DNA of 64,000 nucleotides from Candidatus Poseidoniales archaeon (GCA_045567915.1 JBJLCA010000039.1:1879-65878); one strand, 5' to 3'; shown: positions 40,021 to 51,507, counted from the stretch's first letter. Notes: a model not told the origin generated them from the letters alone. A program made the numbers and translations.

Positions 40021-41832
40021 ATGGTAAAATACAAAGCACCTCTTAGAGAATATGAATTCATATTGCGTGAAGTATTAGATATTGAGAAAGAGTTAGGATC
40101 TTATCCTGAATATAGCGAAGCTACGTGGGACATGATTGAGATGGTTAGTGAGCAATTTGCAAAGATAAATGAGGATTACTGGCTTCCTTCAGCAAAAGAG
40201 GGGGATGAAGTAGGTGTCAAGTTTGACAATGGCAATGTGATTGTGCCAGATTCAATGAAAGAGGCCACAAAAATTGTTATTGAAGGAGGACTAACACAGC
40301 TGTTTGGACATCAGGAATATGGTGGAATGGAGTTTCCAAATGTAATTAGCGTATTGTCCGATGAAATGTCATGCGCAGCTAACATGTCACTTGGTATATA
40401 TTTGGGATTAACTAAAGGAGCATATCACTGTATTCATAAGCACGGAAGCGAAGAGATTAGGCAAAGATATCTTCCTAAGTTTTTATCTGGTGAATGGTTT
40501 GGAACAATGTGTCTGACTGAAGCCCATTGTGGTACCGATTTGGGATTAATTCGAACAACAGCTACACCAGATGGAGATAGATATTCAGTAAGTGGTCAAA
40601 AAATTTTCATATCTTGCGGCGAGCATGATATGGCTGAGAACATAATACATTTGGTTCTTGCGAGACTGCCAGACGCTCCCAAAGGAGTTAAAGGAATTAG
40701 CCTTTTCTTAATTCCTAAATATAAAGTAAATGAAGATGGAACGTTAGGTGATCATAACAACGTGAATTGTGTGTCTATTGAAGAAAAAATGGGAGTTCAC
40801 GGCTCTGCAACTTGTGTAATGAGTTTTGAAGGTTCTGAGGGCTATTTAATTGGAGAACTTAATGAAGGTCTTGCAGCGATGTTTTCAATGATGAATACTG
40901 AAAGAATAGCAGTTGGTTTACAGGGTTTAGGGCAGGCTGAGATTGCATATCAAAATGCATTAGCATATGCAAAGGATAGAATCCAAGGGAGAGACCTTAA
41001 AGGGCCTAAAAATCCAGACGACGAAGCTGATCCGTTAATAGTTCATCCAGATATTAGGCGTATGTTAATGCGTTCTAAGGCGCTAATTGACTCAGGTAGG
41101 ATGCTAGCCAGTTGGACTGCATTGTCAATTGATAAATCTGAAAAAGATCCTGATGCTAAAGTTCGTAAAGAGCATAATGATTTAGTTGAATTGATGACTC
41201 CGATAATCAAGGCTCTGCTGACAGATTACGGTGTTGAAATTACTTCAGAAATGATGCAAGTTTTCGGTGGTCATGGATATATCAAAGAATATGGGATGGA
41301 ACAATTTTACCGTGATGTTCGAATTGCACCAATATGGGAAGGGACCAATGGTATTCAGGCTCTTGACTTAGCAGGAAGAAAGATGCCCCAACACATGGGT
41401 CGATTACTTAGGAGGTTTTTCCATCCAGCATTAGAATTTATAGATGATAACAAGGACGATGACAATATGAAAGAATTTGTTGAACCTTTTGGAAAGGCAC
41501 TAAAAGGTTTGCAAAAGACTACCTTGTATATGGCCCAGAAAGGTCTATCGAATCCATATGAGATTGGAGCTGCAGCAACGGATTATTTGAGGCAATTTGG
41601 TTTAGTGGCAATGGGTTACATGTGGCTATTGATGTTAAAAGTTGCTTATGCGAAAAAAGATACTGATTCATATTATGAGCATAAAATAATAACAGCTCGT
41701 TTTTTCTTCGAGAGAATATTGCCAGAGACATTATCTAGAGCAATAGCTATTGGTTCAGGATCAAAAACTATGATGTCATTACCTGATGAAGGATTTGATA
41801 GTGTTCACAAATTTACCGGAGCTGCTAATTAA
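40021..41832 (+). CDS. Acyl-CoA dehydrogenase (long, about 600 aa family)
   Basis: GTMCLTEAHCGTDLG, GQKIFIS, KMGVHGSATC, QVFGGHGYI, IWEGTNGIQALDL. Confidence 0.95.
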   Translation: MVKYKAPLREYEFILREVLDIEKELGSYPEYSEATWDMIEMVSEQFAKINEDYWLPSAKEGDEVGVKFDNGNVIVPDSMKEATKIVIEGGLTQLFGHQEYGGMEFPNVISVLSDEMSCAANMSLGIYLGLTKGAYHCIHKHGSEEIRQRYLPKFLSGEWFGTMCLTEAHCGTDLGLIRTTATPDGDRYSVSGQKIFISCGEHDMAENIIHLVLARLPDAPKGVKGISLFLIPKYKVNEDGTLGDHNNVNCVSIEEKMGVHGSATCVMSFEGSEGYLIGELNEGLAAMFSMMNTERIAVGLQGLGQAEIAYQNALAYAKDRIQGRDLKGPKNPDDEADPLIVHPDIRRMLMRSKALIDSGRMLASWTALSIDKSEKDPDAKVRKEHNDLVELMTPIIKALLTDYGVEITSEMMQVFGGHGYIKEYGMEQFYRDVRIAPIWEGTNGIQALDLAGRKMPQHMGRLLRRFFHPALEFIDDNKDDDNMKEFVEPFGKALKGLQKTTLYMAQKGLSNPYEIGAAATDYLRQFGLVAMGYMWLLMLKVAYAKKDTDSYYEHKIITARFFFERILPETLSRAIAIGSGSKTMMSLPDEGFDSVHKFTGAAN

Positions 41833-42657
41833 ATGGCTAACGAGAGTATTTTCAAACAAGATATCTTTGAAGGCAAAAAAGTATTCATAACAGGCGGTGC
41901 AACAGGCATGGGATTAGGATTTGCTAAATCTTTTTTAGAACATGGTGCTGAAGTAATTATTGCTTCCAGAAAAGAAGATAACTTACGTTTAGCTTCAGAA
42001 GAAGCTGAAAAGGAGACCGGTAAGAAGTTAATATGGAAAGTTATGGATGTTCGTGATAATGGTAGTGTAGAGAAAGTAGCTGATTACATCAAATCTGAAT
42101 GGGGTAATTTAGATATTTTAGTAAATAATGCCGCAGGTAATTTTCTTTCTCCAGTATCTAACATGAGTGAAAATGCTTGGAGAGCTGTAGTAGATATCGT
42201 GCTGGATGGTACTTTTAGAGTATCTAAGGCTTGCTACCCACTTCTTAGAAAAGCGCCATCAGCATCTGTGGTTAATATAATAGCAAATTATGCTTGGAAT
42301 GCAGCCCCCTATGTAGGTCATTCAGGAGCTGCAAAAGCAGGAGTTTTGAATCTGACAAGAACTTTGGCATTGGAATGGGCTAGTGACAATATTCGCGTCA
42401 ATGCTTTTTGTCCCGGAGTAGTTCTTACAGAGAATGTTAAGAGTAATTTAATGCTTGATGAAGATACTGCTAAACTGTTTGAAAATTATATTCCGTTGGG
42501 TGGAGTAACCGATTCAAATAAGATGGCTCAGCAAGTTCTATATCTTTGTTCTTCAGCTGCAGATGTTATAACTGGAGATATGTTGATTGCAGATGGAGGG
42601 CAGTGGTTAGTAGGAAATGCTTTTTATCATGCAGGGAAACAATTTCTAGATGGGTGA
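41833..42657 (+). CDS. 2,4-dienoyl-CoA reductase-like SDR
   Basis: TGGATGMG, NNAAGNF, HSGAAK (Tyr-less active-site motif typical of DECR), DGGQW. Confidence 0.85.
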   Translation: MANESIFKQDIFEGKKVFITGGATGMGLGFAKSFLEHGAEVIIASRKEDNLRLASEEAEKETGKKLIWKVMDVRDNGSVEKVADYIKSEWGNLDILVNNAAGNFLSPVSNMSENAWRAVVDIVLDGTFRVSKACYPLLRKAPSASVVNIIANYAWNAAPYVGHSGAAKAGVLNLTRTLALEWASDNIRVNAFCPGVVLTENVKSNLMLDEDTAKLFENYIPLGGVTDSNKMAQQVLYLCSSAADVITGDMLIADGGQWLVGNAFYHAGKQFLDG

Positions 42658-43087
42658 TTCCAAATCGATTATCACAAAAATCCCAGTTTTGTGGGGAGAT
42701 ATGGATGGGTTTGGACATGTTAATAACATAATATATCTAAAATGGTGTGAAACTTCAAGGATAGAACTATTTCGAAGTATATGGAATTATAAAATAGGAA
42801 ATATGGAAGAGGTGTTGGAAAGAGGAGGCGTAGGTCCGATATTAGCTAATTTTAATATGGACTATAAGTATCCTGTCAAATATCCTGACGAAATAAGAAT
42901 TGAAACTTATTTGACACACATTGGTAATTCATCAATGGGCATTGGCCATGAACTTTTTAGCCAGAATACTGATAAATTAGTTGCTAAGGCAAATAGCGTA
43001 ATTGTTATGCTAAATTATGTTTCAAATGATAAAGTTATCATTAGCGATAAAGATCGGGAAATTTTGTCTCAGTATCTAAGAACATAG
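42650..43087 (+). CDS. Acyl-CoA thioesterase (4HBT/YbgC hot-dog family)
   Basis: WGDMDGFGHVNNIIY motif. Confidence 0.9.
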   Translation: MGDSKSIITKIPVLWGDMDGFGHVNNIIYLKWCETSRIELFRSIWNYKIGNMEEVLERGGVGPILANFNMDYKYPVKYPDEIRIETYLTHIGNSSMGIGHELFSQNTDKLVAKANSVIVMLNYVSNDKVIISDKDREILSQYLRT

Positions 43088-43101
43088 TATTGGGAAAAAT
43101 A

Positions 43102-43179
43102 TGGTGGGCCCGATCGGATTTGAACCGATGGCCTCCCGGTTATCAGCCGGGTGCTCCAACCAGGCTAAGCTACGGGCCC
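43102..43179 (-). tRNA. tRNA-Ile(GAT)
   Basis: Acceptor GGGCCCG/CGGGCCC; anticodon arm CCCGG-CT-GAT-AA-CCGGG; encoded CCA. Confidence 0.96.
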
Positions 43180-43309
43180 AATTATTTTGCTACCGGACTA
43201 GGGGATTTAATATTGCACTTGTGTTTCGTTCGCCTTGTATTTTTTTATAAAATCCTAGCTTAAATATTTATAGGCCTTTTTTACTGATACTTCACCAATT
43301 GATTTAACC

Positions 43310-43633
43310 ATGTCCAGAGAAGCCTTATTGGAGAAGATTAAGAAAGCTGAAGCTGCAGCTGCTAGTGATATCGAAGCTGCTGAGAAGGAACAAGTTTCTG
43401 CAAGAAATAAAGTACCTATAGATCAAGATAATTTGATGAAGAAAGCCAAGGATTCAGCTGTATCAAAATCTCAAAAAGAGATTGATGCCGCAAAAGCTGA
43501 GGTTGAATCTCAAAAGAGTGCAATTCTCAAAAAAGGTAAAAAAAGTAATTCGGATATGAAAAAGAAGGCTGATGGTAAAGTAGATGCAGCAGCAGATAAG
43601 TTTATCGAAGAGTTTTTGGAGAGTCTATCTTAA
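43310..43633 (+). CDS. atpH: A-type ATP synthase subunit H
   Basis: First gene of the operon; LEKIKKAE helical stalk protein. Confidence 0.85.
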   Translation: MSREALLEKIKKAEAAAASDIEAAEKEQVSARNKVPIDQDNLMKKAKDSAVSKSQKEIDAAKAEVESQKSAILKKGKKSNSDMKKKADGKVDAAADKFIEEFLESLS

Positions 43634-45588
43634 TGCTAAAGTCTGAAAAAATGTCAAGAATGACCATAAGTGGTCATAAAAAGGATTTAGCAGATTTATC
43701 AAAGTTACTAAACGATCAAAATTTAGTTCATGTTGTTGAGTATAATAATGAGGATGAAGGTTTTGGTATAGGTACATCTTTAGACTATGGAGAGCAATCT
43801 TCAGATTTTTTGGTTAAATTACGATCAGTTATCAAATTATTAGAAGTTGAACCTAATCCGCCTAGTAATGTTAAGCTAGATTCTGAAATAGAATCTGAAA
43901 TATCTGAGTTAGAAGCAATAATCTCACAAACTCACGAGCTAAAAGATAAACAACGAGATTGTGACAGGAGAATTGATGAAGTTAGTAGTAGCATTGATCA
44001 ACTTAAAGAGTTTGAAGATTTTGATATAGATGTCAAGTATCTTTCAGGTTATTCTAGTATTACTGTGTTTGCAGGTCATCTTTCACCTGATGCAGATGTT
44101 TCAGGCCTAAGTTCTAATAATAATATAGACTTTGTTAAAAATGGCGATAATATAGTTGTTTTCTGTGCAAATGAAATTTCATCAGATATTGAAAAAGATT
44201 TACTGAAAATAGGTTTCAGATCTATGGACGTCCCAAATGGCGAAGGTTTACCAAAAGTAATGCTAAATACGCTAGATGGTCAACTTCTGAAGTTAGAAAA
44301 CGAAAAGGAAGCTATTTTACATGAAATTCAGGCTTTATCTACTCGAAACGGAGACTGGTTAGTTGCTTGCGAAGAACATTATGCAGCTCTTTCTGAGAAA
44401 TCAGGCCTTCCTCTTAAGTTAGCTACTTCTGAAAATATGTTTGTATTGGATGGCTGGGTTCCTTCAGGTTCAGTTTCAGATTTACAACAATCTCTGCAAG
44501 GTTTGGACATCTATTATGAGGTAGATAATGATTCTAAAGAGGAACCTCCAATCAAGTTAGATAATCCCGAGGTTGCCAAGCCTTTCGAATTATTTACAAA
44601 GTTGTACAGTACTCCTAAGCATTGGGAATTTGATCCTACGATGATTATTTTCATCACTTATCCCTTATTCTTCGGTTTGATGGTAGGAGATGCAGGTTAT
44701 GGTTTCGCATACATTTTATTCGGTCATTACATACTATCTAAATTTGCACATAATGAAGCTCTAGCTAACTTAGGTAAGATATTGAGAACTGCAGGTATCT
44801 ACACCTTTTTGTTTGGTACTTTCATTTATGCAGAAGCTTTTGGTCAATCCTTCTATAATATTGGAAACACACTTGGCTACACTTCAGCGTTATTTGCAAA
44901 GCATTATGGACCTGGTTTTGACATACCCTTGATTGAAAAGGCAGAAGGTTTCAGCTGGCATCTTCCTATACACAAGTTTGATCCACATGGTGCACAATTA
45001 ATGCTTTTATCTTCAATATTGATTGGCGTTATTCATATTTCTTTAGGTTTAATCCTAGGATTTTTGAACGAATGGAAACATCATGATTTGAAACATGCAG
45101 TTTATGCAAAGTTATCTTTTTTCATGATTCTTTGGGGAGGTCTACTTTCACTTGTTTCTTTGGTTGGTTTGTTACCTGAATCGTTTCAAACCATTGGTTT
45201 AGTTGTTATGCTTACAGGTTTAGGTTTGGCAATAATAGGAGAAGGCGTAGTTGGGCTTTTAGAATTTCCAACAATTTTCTCGAATGTTATTTCATATGCT
45301 CGTATAGGTGCCATTGGTCTCAGTGACTATGGTTTAGCTTATACTGTAAACTTTATCTCATTTTCTCTTCTCTGGCCATCAGGTCCAGCAGGCATAATTG
45401 CTGCAGTCTTTGTAATGTTAATCGGACATTTGACTGTATTTACACTTGGTATTATTGGAACCGGAATTAACTCACTAAGGTTACAATATGTTGAATTCTT
45501 TACAAAATTTGTGCAGGGTGGGGGCACGCTTTACAGTCCTTTCGGTTATATACGAAAGTATACAAAAGAAAAAGAGGTAACACCATGA
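43633..45588 (+). CDS. atpI: A-type ATP synthase subunit I (a)
   Basis: DPT, FFGLMVGDAGYG, ISYARIGA (essential Arg), LRLQYVEFF. Confidence 0.96.
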   Translation: MLKSEKMSRMTISGHKKDLADLSKLLNDQNLVHVVEYNNEDEGFGIGTSLDYGEQSSDFLVKLRSVIKLLEVEPNPPSNVKLDSEIESEISELEAIISQTHELKDKQRDCDRRIDEVSSSIDQLKEFEDFDIDVKYLSGYSSITVFAGHLSPDADVSGLSSNNNIDFVKNGDNIVVFCANEISSDIEKDLLKIGFRSMDVPNGEGLPKVMLNTLDGQLLKLENEKEAILHEIQALSTRNGDWLVACEEHYAALSEKSGLPLKLATSENMFVLDGWVPSGSVSDLQQSLQGLDIYYEVDNDSKEEPPIKLDNPEVAKPFELFTKLYSTPKHWEFDPTMIIFITYPLFFGLMVGDAGYGFAYILFGHYILSKFAHNEALANLGKILRTAGIYTFLFGTFIYAEAFGQSFYNIGNTLGYTSALFAKHYGPGFDIPLIEKAEGFSWHLPIHKFDPHGAQLMLLSSILIGVIHISLGLILGFLNEWKHHDLKHAVYAKLSFFMILWGGLLSLVSLVGLLPESFQTIGLVVMLTGLGLAIIGEGVVGLLEFPTIFSNVISYARIGAIGLSDYGLAYTVNFISFSLLWPSGPAGIIAAVFVMLIGHLTVFTLGIIGTGINSLRLQYVEFFTKFVQGGGTLYSPFGYIRKYTKEKEVTP

Positions 45589-45923
45589 ACGGGAAAAAAA
45601 ACCTATACATTTTGGCAGCAGTGTTCTTTGTAGCATTGTTGACCACGCCAGTAGTAAGTGCTGAAGAGCACGCAGACAACGAAGAAACGGTCAAGGCCGC
45701 AGAAGCAACTTCCAAAGGGTACATTGCTATAGGAGCAGCTCTAGCAGTTGGTTTAGCAGGTATTGGAACCGGTTTAGCACAGAGTAACATTGGTTCAGCT
45801 GCAATTGGAGCAGTTGCTGAAGATGATAAGAACTTTACAAATGGTCTTATCTTTACAGCTATTCCTGAAACAATTGTTATTTTTGGTCTAGTTATTTCAG
45901 CATTAATCATTTTCGTGTTGTAA
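45585..45923 (+). CDS. atpK: A-type ATP synthase subunit K (c proteolipid)
   Basis: GLAGIGTGLAQ, IPETIVIFG; N-terminal signal-like leader. Confidence 0.96.
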   Translation: MNGKKNLYILAAVFFVALLTTPVVSAEEHADNEETVKAAEATSKGYIAIGAALAVGLAGIGTGLAQSNIGSAAIGAVAEDDKNFTNGLIFTAIPETIVIFGLVISALIIFVL

Positions 45924-45924
45924 A

Positions 45925-46467
45925 ATGGGTCTTGAGGAAATTCTCAAGCAGGTTGAAGAGACCGGCAAAGAGAAAGCTGCAGCCATACGCAAAGAGACCG
46001 TTGAAGAGGTTGAGAATAAGATGAAAGAGGCTACAAGTGAGTCTAAAGATTTGGTTTCTCAAATTGAATCGGGTACGTCTAGACGTATAGAGCAGCTAAA
46101 ACAGCAAGAGATTCCAGCTGCAGAGTTAGAGGTAAAAAGAAGTCTATTAGAGATGCAAAAAGATTTACTTTCTCAGACAAAGTCCAGAGTTATGGAAAAA
46201 TTAGAAGGTTTAAGTTCTAAAGAGCTTGAAAAGATATATTCTAATTTATTAACGAAGGTGCCTAAAGAAGGTAAGTTATTTTGCAGAAAAGAGGATAAAG
46301 CTACATTCAAGAAAATTAGTAAGTTATCCAATGGTGGTACCATTGACGACTTAGGTTTTCTAGTAGAAGCTGGCGAATATCGGTTAGATTTCAGATTCTC
46401 AACATTGGTGGACTCATCCTGGCAGAATCATCTGTCAATGGTAAGTGAGGTATTGTTTACCAAATGA
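45925..46467 (+). CDS. atpE: A-type ATP synthase subunit E
   Basis: MGLEEIL, AELEVKR, position in operon. Confidence 0.9.
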   Translation: MGLEEILKQVEETGKEKAAAIRKETVEEVENKMKEATSESKDLVSQIESGTSRRIEQLKQQEIPAAELEVKRSLLEMQKDLLSQTKSRVMEKLEGLSSKELEKIYSNLLTKVPKEGKLFCRKEDKATFKKISKLSNGGTIDDLGFLVEAGEYRLDFRFSTLVDSSWQNHLSMVSEVLFTK

Positions 46468-47477
46468 GTAATTATGCTTACGTAGCCACACGAGCTAGGT
46501 CTCGTCGTTCTCGTCTTCTTCCAGCTGAAGCATATAATCAGTTGTTAAATCTTGAACATGCAGAAATTGCAAGGTACATTCAAGATTTAGAGTATAGAAG
46601 AGAAATAGATAGGTACGGTTCCACTTTGAGTGGGGCTGATCTTATTGAAACAGCTTTAGTGGATAATTTAGCTAAAGATGTTGGCGACTTTTTGAGTTTT
46701 AGCAAAGGAAAGCTACGTGACATATTACACGTTTATGCAGAGAAATATCGTGTCGATAATTTGAAGAATATAATAAGGGGTATTAATCAGAATATGGATA
46801 AGACAAATTTAGAACGTCTTGTTTGTCCAATAAATGATTCAGACAAAGATCTTTACAATAAATTATATGATTCAAAAACAGTAGAAGATGTGATAGCTTC
46901 GTTAGAAGGTACTGCATATTTCAATCCACTGAAAAAAGCATTAGAGTCTCGTAATTCAGACAGTTTACAACCTCTTGAAGATGCCCTTGATTTGATATAC
47001 TATAGGAATTTAGTTTCAAATCAGCCTTCAGGTGGTGCAGATGTTGAAGTTTATCGTAACTTTATACACCTAAAAGTAGACATAGCTAATATCAAAACGC
47101 TTTTAAGAATGAGACATCGAGGAATTAGTGCTCACAACGAATTATTGATTAATGGAGGCTCCATAAGTATTGATTTATTGTCTAGTACTCAGTCTTTAGA
47201 TGATTTACTGACTTCACTTGAAGGTACCAAGTATTTTGAGTTACTCGAACCTCATTTGCAAAAAGATTCAGTAGATTTGAATTCTTGTGTACATTCATTA
47301 GATGAACATATGGCAAACAAGACAAAAAGATTTTCATATCTTTATCCTTTATCAGTTCTACCCGTTCTAGATTATTTACTGAAAAAGGAAAGAGAAGTGT
47401 ACAATCTTCGAGCAATTGTCAGAGGTAAGCAAGCCGGTCTTTCGAATGAAATTATTGAGGAGTTGGTGGTAGTCTAA
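46464..47477 (+). CDS. atpC: A-type ATP synthase subunit C
   Basis: YAYVATRARSR, NIKTLLR, EVYNLRAIVRGK. Confidence 0.94.
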   Translation: MSNYAYVATRARSRRSRLLPAEAYNQLLNLEHAEIARYIQDLEYRREIDRYGSTLSGADLIETALVDNLAKDVGDFLSFSKGKLRDILHVYAEKYRVDNLKNIIRGINQNMDKTNLERLVCPINDSDKDLYNKLYDSKTVEDVIASLEGTAYFNPLKKALESRNSDSLQPLEDALDLIYYRNLVSNQPSGGADVEVYRNFIHLKVDIANIKTLLRMRHRGISAHNELLINGGSISIDLLSSTQSLDDLLTSLEGTKYFELLEPHLQKDSVDLNSCVHSLDEHMANKTKRFSYLYPLSVLPVLDYLLKKEREVYNLRAIVRGKQAGLSNEIIEELVVV

Positions 47478-47776
47478 TGGAGATTGCAGTAGTTGGAGAT
47501 GATTTGTTTACAATTGGTTTTAGACTAGTTGGTATAGAAAAGTGGTTCAATGTAAGTGGTGATGTAAGTGTAGATGAAGCAGTAAAATCTGCTTTAAGTG
47601 ATAAGGGAATAGGAGTGATTGTTATTCATGATAAGAATTGGAAGGAATTAGAACCTTCCTTAAGAAAAAAACTAAGCAATAGCGTGAAACCAACGGTAAT
47701 AGCCATTGGTTCTGAAGTTGATCAAGGTCTTAGGGACCGTATCAAAACCGCTGTAGGAGTTGACCTATGGAAATAA
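47477..47776 (+). CDS. atpF: A-type ATP synthase subunit F
   Basis: MEIAVVG, GFRLVG, AVGVDLW. Confidence 0.95.
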   Translation: MEIAVVGDDLFTIGFRLVGIEKWFNVSGDVSVDEAVKSALSDKGIGVIVIHDKNWKELEPSLRKKLSNSVKPTVIAIGSEVDQGLRDRIKTAVGVDLWK

Positions 47777-49506
47777 AAGGAGAAATATATAGAGTGTCAG
47801 GGCCGGTTGTAACGGCCAGAGGTGTTTCACCTCGTATGTACGACGTGGTACTAGTAGGCCACGAAAAATTGATGGGTGAGGTCATTGGTCTGGAAGATGA
47901 TGACGTTACAATTCAGGTGTATGAAGATACATCTGGAGTCAAACCTGGTGAACCTGTAGAAAATACAGGCGAACCCCTATCTGTAGAGTTAGGTCCCGGT
48001 CTTCTCACATCGATTTATGATGGTATTCAAAGACCATTACCTGTATTGCAGGAAAAAATGGGAGACTACATCGAAAGGGGTGTTACTGCACCTGGATTAG
48101 ATCATTCCAAAAAATGGGATTTTGTTCCTACAGTAGATGTTGGATCCTCAGTAAATGGTGGTCAAATGATAGGTACTGTACAAGAAACTCCAACAATCTC
48201 TCACAAAATATTAGTTCCTCCTTTTTCATCTGGTAAAGTTACAGAATTAAAGAAAGGAACCTATACAGTTGATGATATCATTGGTAAATTAGATGATGGT
48301 ACTGAATTAAAATTAATGCAACTGTGGCCAGTTAGAGTTCCTAGGCCATATAACAAAAAGTTCCGTCCAGATATTCCATTAGTTACAGGTACTCGAACAC
48401 TAGATGGTCTTTTCCCTATTGCTAAAGGTGGAACTGCAGCAATTCCTGGGGGTTTCGGTACTGGTAAAACAGTTACTCAGCAGACACTTGCAAAGTGGTC
48501 AGATGCTCAGATTGTAGTTTATGTTGGATGTGGTGAGAGGGGTAATGAGATGACTGAAGTTTTAACAGAATTCCCTCATTTGAAAGATCCAAAGACAGGC
48601 GGGCCATTAATGGATAGAACTGTTTTAATTGCTAATACTTCCAATATGCCAGTGGCTGCACGTGAAGCTTCAGTTTACACAGGTATAACTTTAGCAGAAT
48701 ATTACAGAGATCAAGGTTATGACGTGGCTATGATGGCAGATTCAACTTCTCGTTGGGCAGAAGCAATGCGTGAAATTTCATCTAGGCTTGAAGAGATGCC
48801 TGGTGAGGAAGGTTATCCTGCTTACCTAGCAGCACGTCTTTCAGAGTTTTATGAAAGGGCAGGCAGAGTTCAGACTAAGAACGATGAAAGTGGTTCAGTT
48901 ACAGTTATTGGGGCAGTATCTCCACCCGGTGGAGATTTCTCAGAGCCTGTAACTCAGAATACTTTGAGAATTGTTAAAGTTTTCTGGGCTCTTGATTCAA
49001 AATTAGCTCAAAAAAGGCACTTTCCTGCAATTAATTGGTTAACTAGTTATTCTCTTTACAATCGTAGTTTAGAAGGTTGGTATACTGAAAATGCAGGCGA
49101 TGAATGGAATGATAGTATTGCAACTGCAATGGCAGTATTAACAGAGGAATCTAAATTACAAGAGATTGTGCAATTAGTAGGTTCTGATGCACTTCCAGAA
49201 GACCAGCAGTTAACATTGGAAGTGGCTAGAATGTTAAGAGAATTTTACTTACAACAGAATGCTTTCCATGATGTAGACACTTATTGTAAAACGCAAGATC
49301 AGTCTAAATTTTTATCAGTAATTCTTCATTATAAAGATTTGGCAGAGAAGGCAATGAGTAGCGGTGTTGAACTTGAAAATGTCATTGGTTTACCAATTTT
49401 AGAAGATATTGGAAGAGCTAAATTCGAAGAAAATATGGTTGAATTGTTGGAAAAATATGATAAAACAATGACGGATGATTTTGCTAAATTAATGGAGGAA
49501 GCATAA
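47767..49506 (+). CDS. atpA: A-type ATP synthase subunit A (no intein)
   Basis: Walker [28 protein letters not shown]. Confidence 0.98.
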   Translation: MEIKGEIYRVSGPVVTARGVSPRMYDVVLVGHEKLMGEVIGLEDDDVTIQVYEDTSGVKPGEPVENTGEPLSVELGPGLLTSIYDGIQRPLPVLQEKMGDYIERGVTAPGLDHSKKWDFVPTVDVGSSVNGGQMIGTVQETPTISHKILVPPFSSGKVTELKKGTYTVDDIIGKLDDGTELKLMQLWPVRVPRPYNKKFRPDIPLVTGTRTLDGLFPIAKGGTAAIPGGFGTGKTVTQQTLAKWSDAQIVVYVGCGERGNEMTEVLTEFPHLKDPKTGGPLMDRTVLIANTSNMPVAAREASVYTGITLAEYYRDQGYDVAMMADSTSRWAEAMREISSRLEEMPGEEGYPAYLAARLSEFYERAGRVQTKNDESGSVTVIGAVSPPGGDFSEPVTQNTLRIVKVFWALDSKLAQKRHFPAINWLTSYSLYNRSLEGWYTENAGDEWNDSIATAMAVLTEESKLQEIVQLVGSDALPEDQQLTLEVARMLREFYLQQNAFHDVDTYCKTQDQSKFLSVILHYKDLAEKAMSSGVELENVIGLPILEDIGRAKFEENMVELLEKYDKTMTDDFAKLMEEA

Positions 49507-50885
49507 TGCAGAAAGAATATAAAACAATTAAAGAAATTTCAGGTCCTCTGGTTTTTGTTGAAAAGACAGAGCCTGTATCTTATGGAGAATTAGTACAAGT
49601 TTCACTTCCAGATGGAACAACAAAAAGAGGTCAAGTTTTGGATACCTCACACGATATTGTTGTTGTTCAGATTTTTGAAGGAACTACAGGTATAAACAAA
49701 GAATCTGGAGTAAAGTTTTTGGGCGAAACCATCAAAATTAATCTTTCGAAAGATATGTTAGGAAGAATTATGAGCGGAGCCGGAGAGCCAATCGATGGCG
49801 GGGCACCTATAATTCCAGAACAAAGGCAAGAAATTATTGGAGCTGCAATCAACCCTTATTCAAGAGATTCACCTCTGGAATTTATTCAAACAGGTATTTC
49901 TACAATAGATGGTTTGAATACATTGGTCATGGGGCAGAAATTACCAATTTTTTCAGGAGCAGGTTTACCTCATAATGATATTTCGTTACAAATCGCGCGT
50001 CAAGCACAGACTTTAGGTGCAGATAGAGATTTTGCGGTTGTTTTCTGTGCAATGGGTATTACAGATGAAGAAGCTCAGTATTTCATGGCAGATTTCGAGA
50101 GAACCGGAGCTCTAAGTAGGGCTGCAGTTTTCATGAACTTGGCCAGTGATCCTGCTGTTGAAAGATTAATTACGCCAAGAATGGCTCTTACTACTGCAGA
50201 ATACCTTGCTTTTGAAAAAGGATATGATGTTCTTGTTATTTTAACGGACATGACTAACTATTGTGAGGCTTTAAGGCAGATTGGAGCAGCTCGTGAAGAG
50301 GTTCCTGGACGTCGTGGTTACCCTGGATACATGTACACCGATTTGGCTCAGATATACGAGAGAGCAGGTTTAATCAAAGGAAAATCAGGTTCAGTTACAC
50401 AAATTCCAATTTTGACTATGCCTGGTGATGATATAACTCATCCAATTCCAGATTTGACAGGATATATTACCGAAGGTCAAATTGTTGTGGCTAGAGATTT
50501 ACATCGGAAAGGAATTTATCCTCCAAATTACGTATTGCCATCACTTTCGCGTTTAATGAACGCAGGTATCGGAGATAAGAAGACACGTGAAGATCATAAG
50601 CAAGTAAGTGACCAGCTTTATGCAGGTTATGCAGAAGGTAACGACTTGAGAGGTCTTGTTGCGATTGTAGGTAAGGAGGCCCTTTCTGAGAGAGACCAAA
50701 AGCTCCTTGAGTTTGCAGATGAGTTTGAAGAAAGATTTGTTACTCAAGACAGAGAAGAAAATCGATCGATTGAAGATACATTGGAGATCGGTTGGGACAT
50801 GCTAAGTAAATTACCCGAATCTGCATTAACAAGAATTGATCGTAAGACTCTTGATAAATATCATCCAGCTTATAGGAAAAAATAA
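49506..50885 (+). CDS. atpB: A-type ATP synthase subunit B
   Basis: [39 protein letters not shown]. Confidence 0.98.
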   Translation: MQKEYKTIKEISGPLVFVEKTEPVSYGELVQVSLPDGTTKRGQVLDTSHDIVVVQIFEGTTGINKESGVKFLGETIKINLSKDMLGRIMSGAGEPIDGGAPIIPEQRQEIIGAAINPYSRDSPLEFIQTGISTIDGLNTLVMGQKLPIFSGAGLPHNDISLQIARQAQTLGADRDFAVVFCAMGITDEEAQYFMADFERTGALSRAAVFMNLASDPAVERLITPRMALTTAEYLAFEKGYDVLVILTDMTNYCEALRQIGAAREEVPGRRGYPGYMYTDLAQIYERAGLIKGKSGSVTQIPILTMPGDDITHPIPDLTGYITEGQIVVARDLHRKGIYPPNYVLPSLSRLMNAGIGDKKTREDHKQVSDQLYAGYAEGNDLRGLVAIVGKEALSERDQKLLEFADEFEERFVTQDREENRSIEDTLEIGWDMLSKLPESALTRIDRKTLDKYHPAYRKK

Positions 50886-50889
50886 TTAA

Positions 50890-51507
50890 ATGAGTACATC
50901 AGACGTTAAGCCGACTCGAATGGAGCTCATTGAAACTAAACGTAAAATTAAGCTTTCAAAAAGTGGATATAAGTTATTGAAAATGAAGCGTGATGGTCTG
51001 ATTATGGAGTTCTTTGAATTATTGCCAAAGGTAAAAGATTTGAGGAGTCAATTATCTGCACTATATTCTGATGCTATGGAAAAGTTAGCGATTGCAGTTG
51101 CAGCAGATGGAAAGACTGCGCTTGAATCGGCAGCTAATTGTCTGAATAAGGCCCCTGAAGTAGAACTGTCATCGAAGAATATTATGGGTGTTGTTGTCCC
51201 TTCAGTAGAAGTGACAGCAGTCGAAAAGTCTTTGGAAGACAGAGGTTATGGCTTGATAGGAACCTCAATTCGTGTTGATGAAGCTGTTCATTCTTTTGAA
51301 AAGTTATCTGAAATGATTATTTTGGCTGCTGAAGGTGAAACTACAATGAAGAAGTTACTCGACGAGATTGAATCTACAAAACGTAGAGTTAATGCTCTAG
51401 AGTTCAAAGTTATCCCAAGTTTGGAAGAAATAGCAAAATATATTTCTTTCAGACTAGAAGAGTTGGAAAGAGAAAGTATTTTCGGTCTAAAACGCATTAA
51501 AGGATAA
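50890..51507 (+). CDS. atpD: A-type ATP synthase subunit D
   Basis: PTRMEL, LLKMKRD, TKRRVNALE. Confidence 0.97.
   Translation: MSTSDVKPTRMELIETKRKIKLSKSGYKLLKMKRDGLIMEFFELLPKVKDLRSQLSALYSDAMEKLAIAVAADGKTALESAANCLNKAPEVELSSKNIMGVVVPSVEVTAVEKSLEDRGYGLIGTSIRVDEAVHSFEKLSEMIILAAEGETTMKKLLDEIESTKRRVNALEFKVIPSLEEIAKYISFRLEELERESIFGLKRIKG

Noticed and set aside
47767..49506. Possible intein in atpA (also checked cdc48)
   Set aside because: Lengths are standard and the motifs are contiguous
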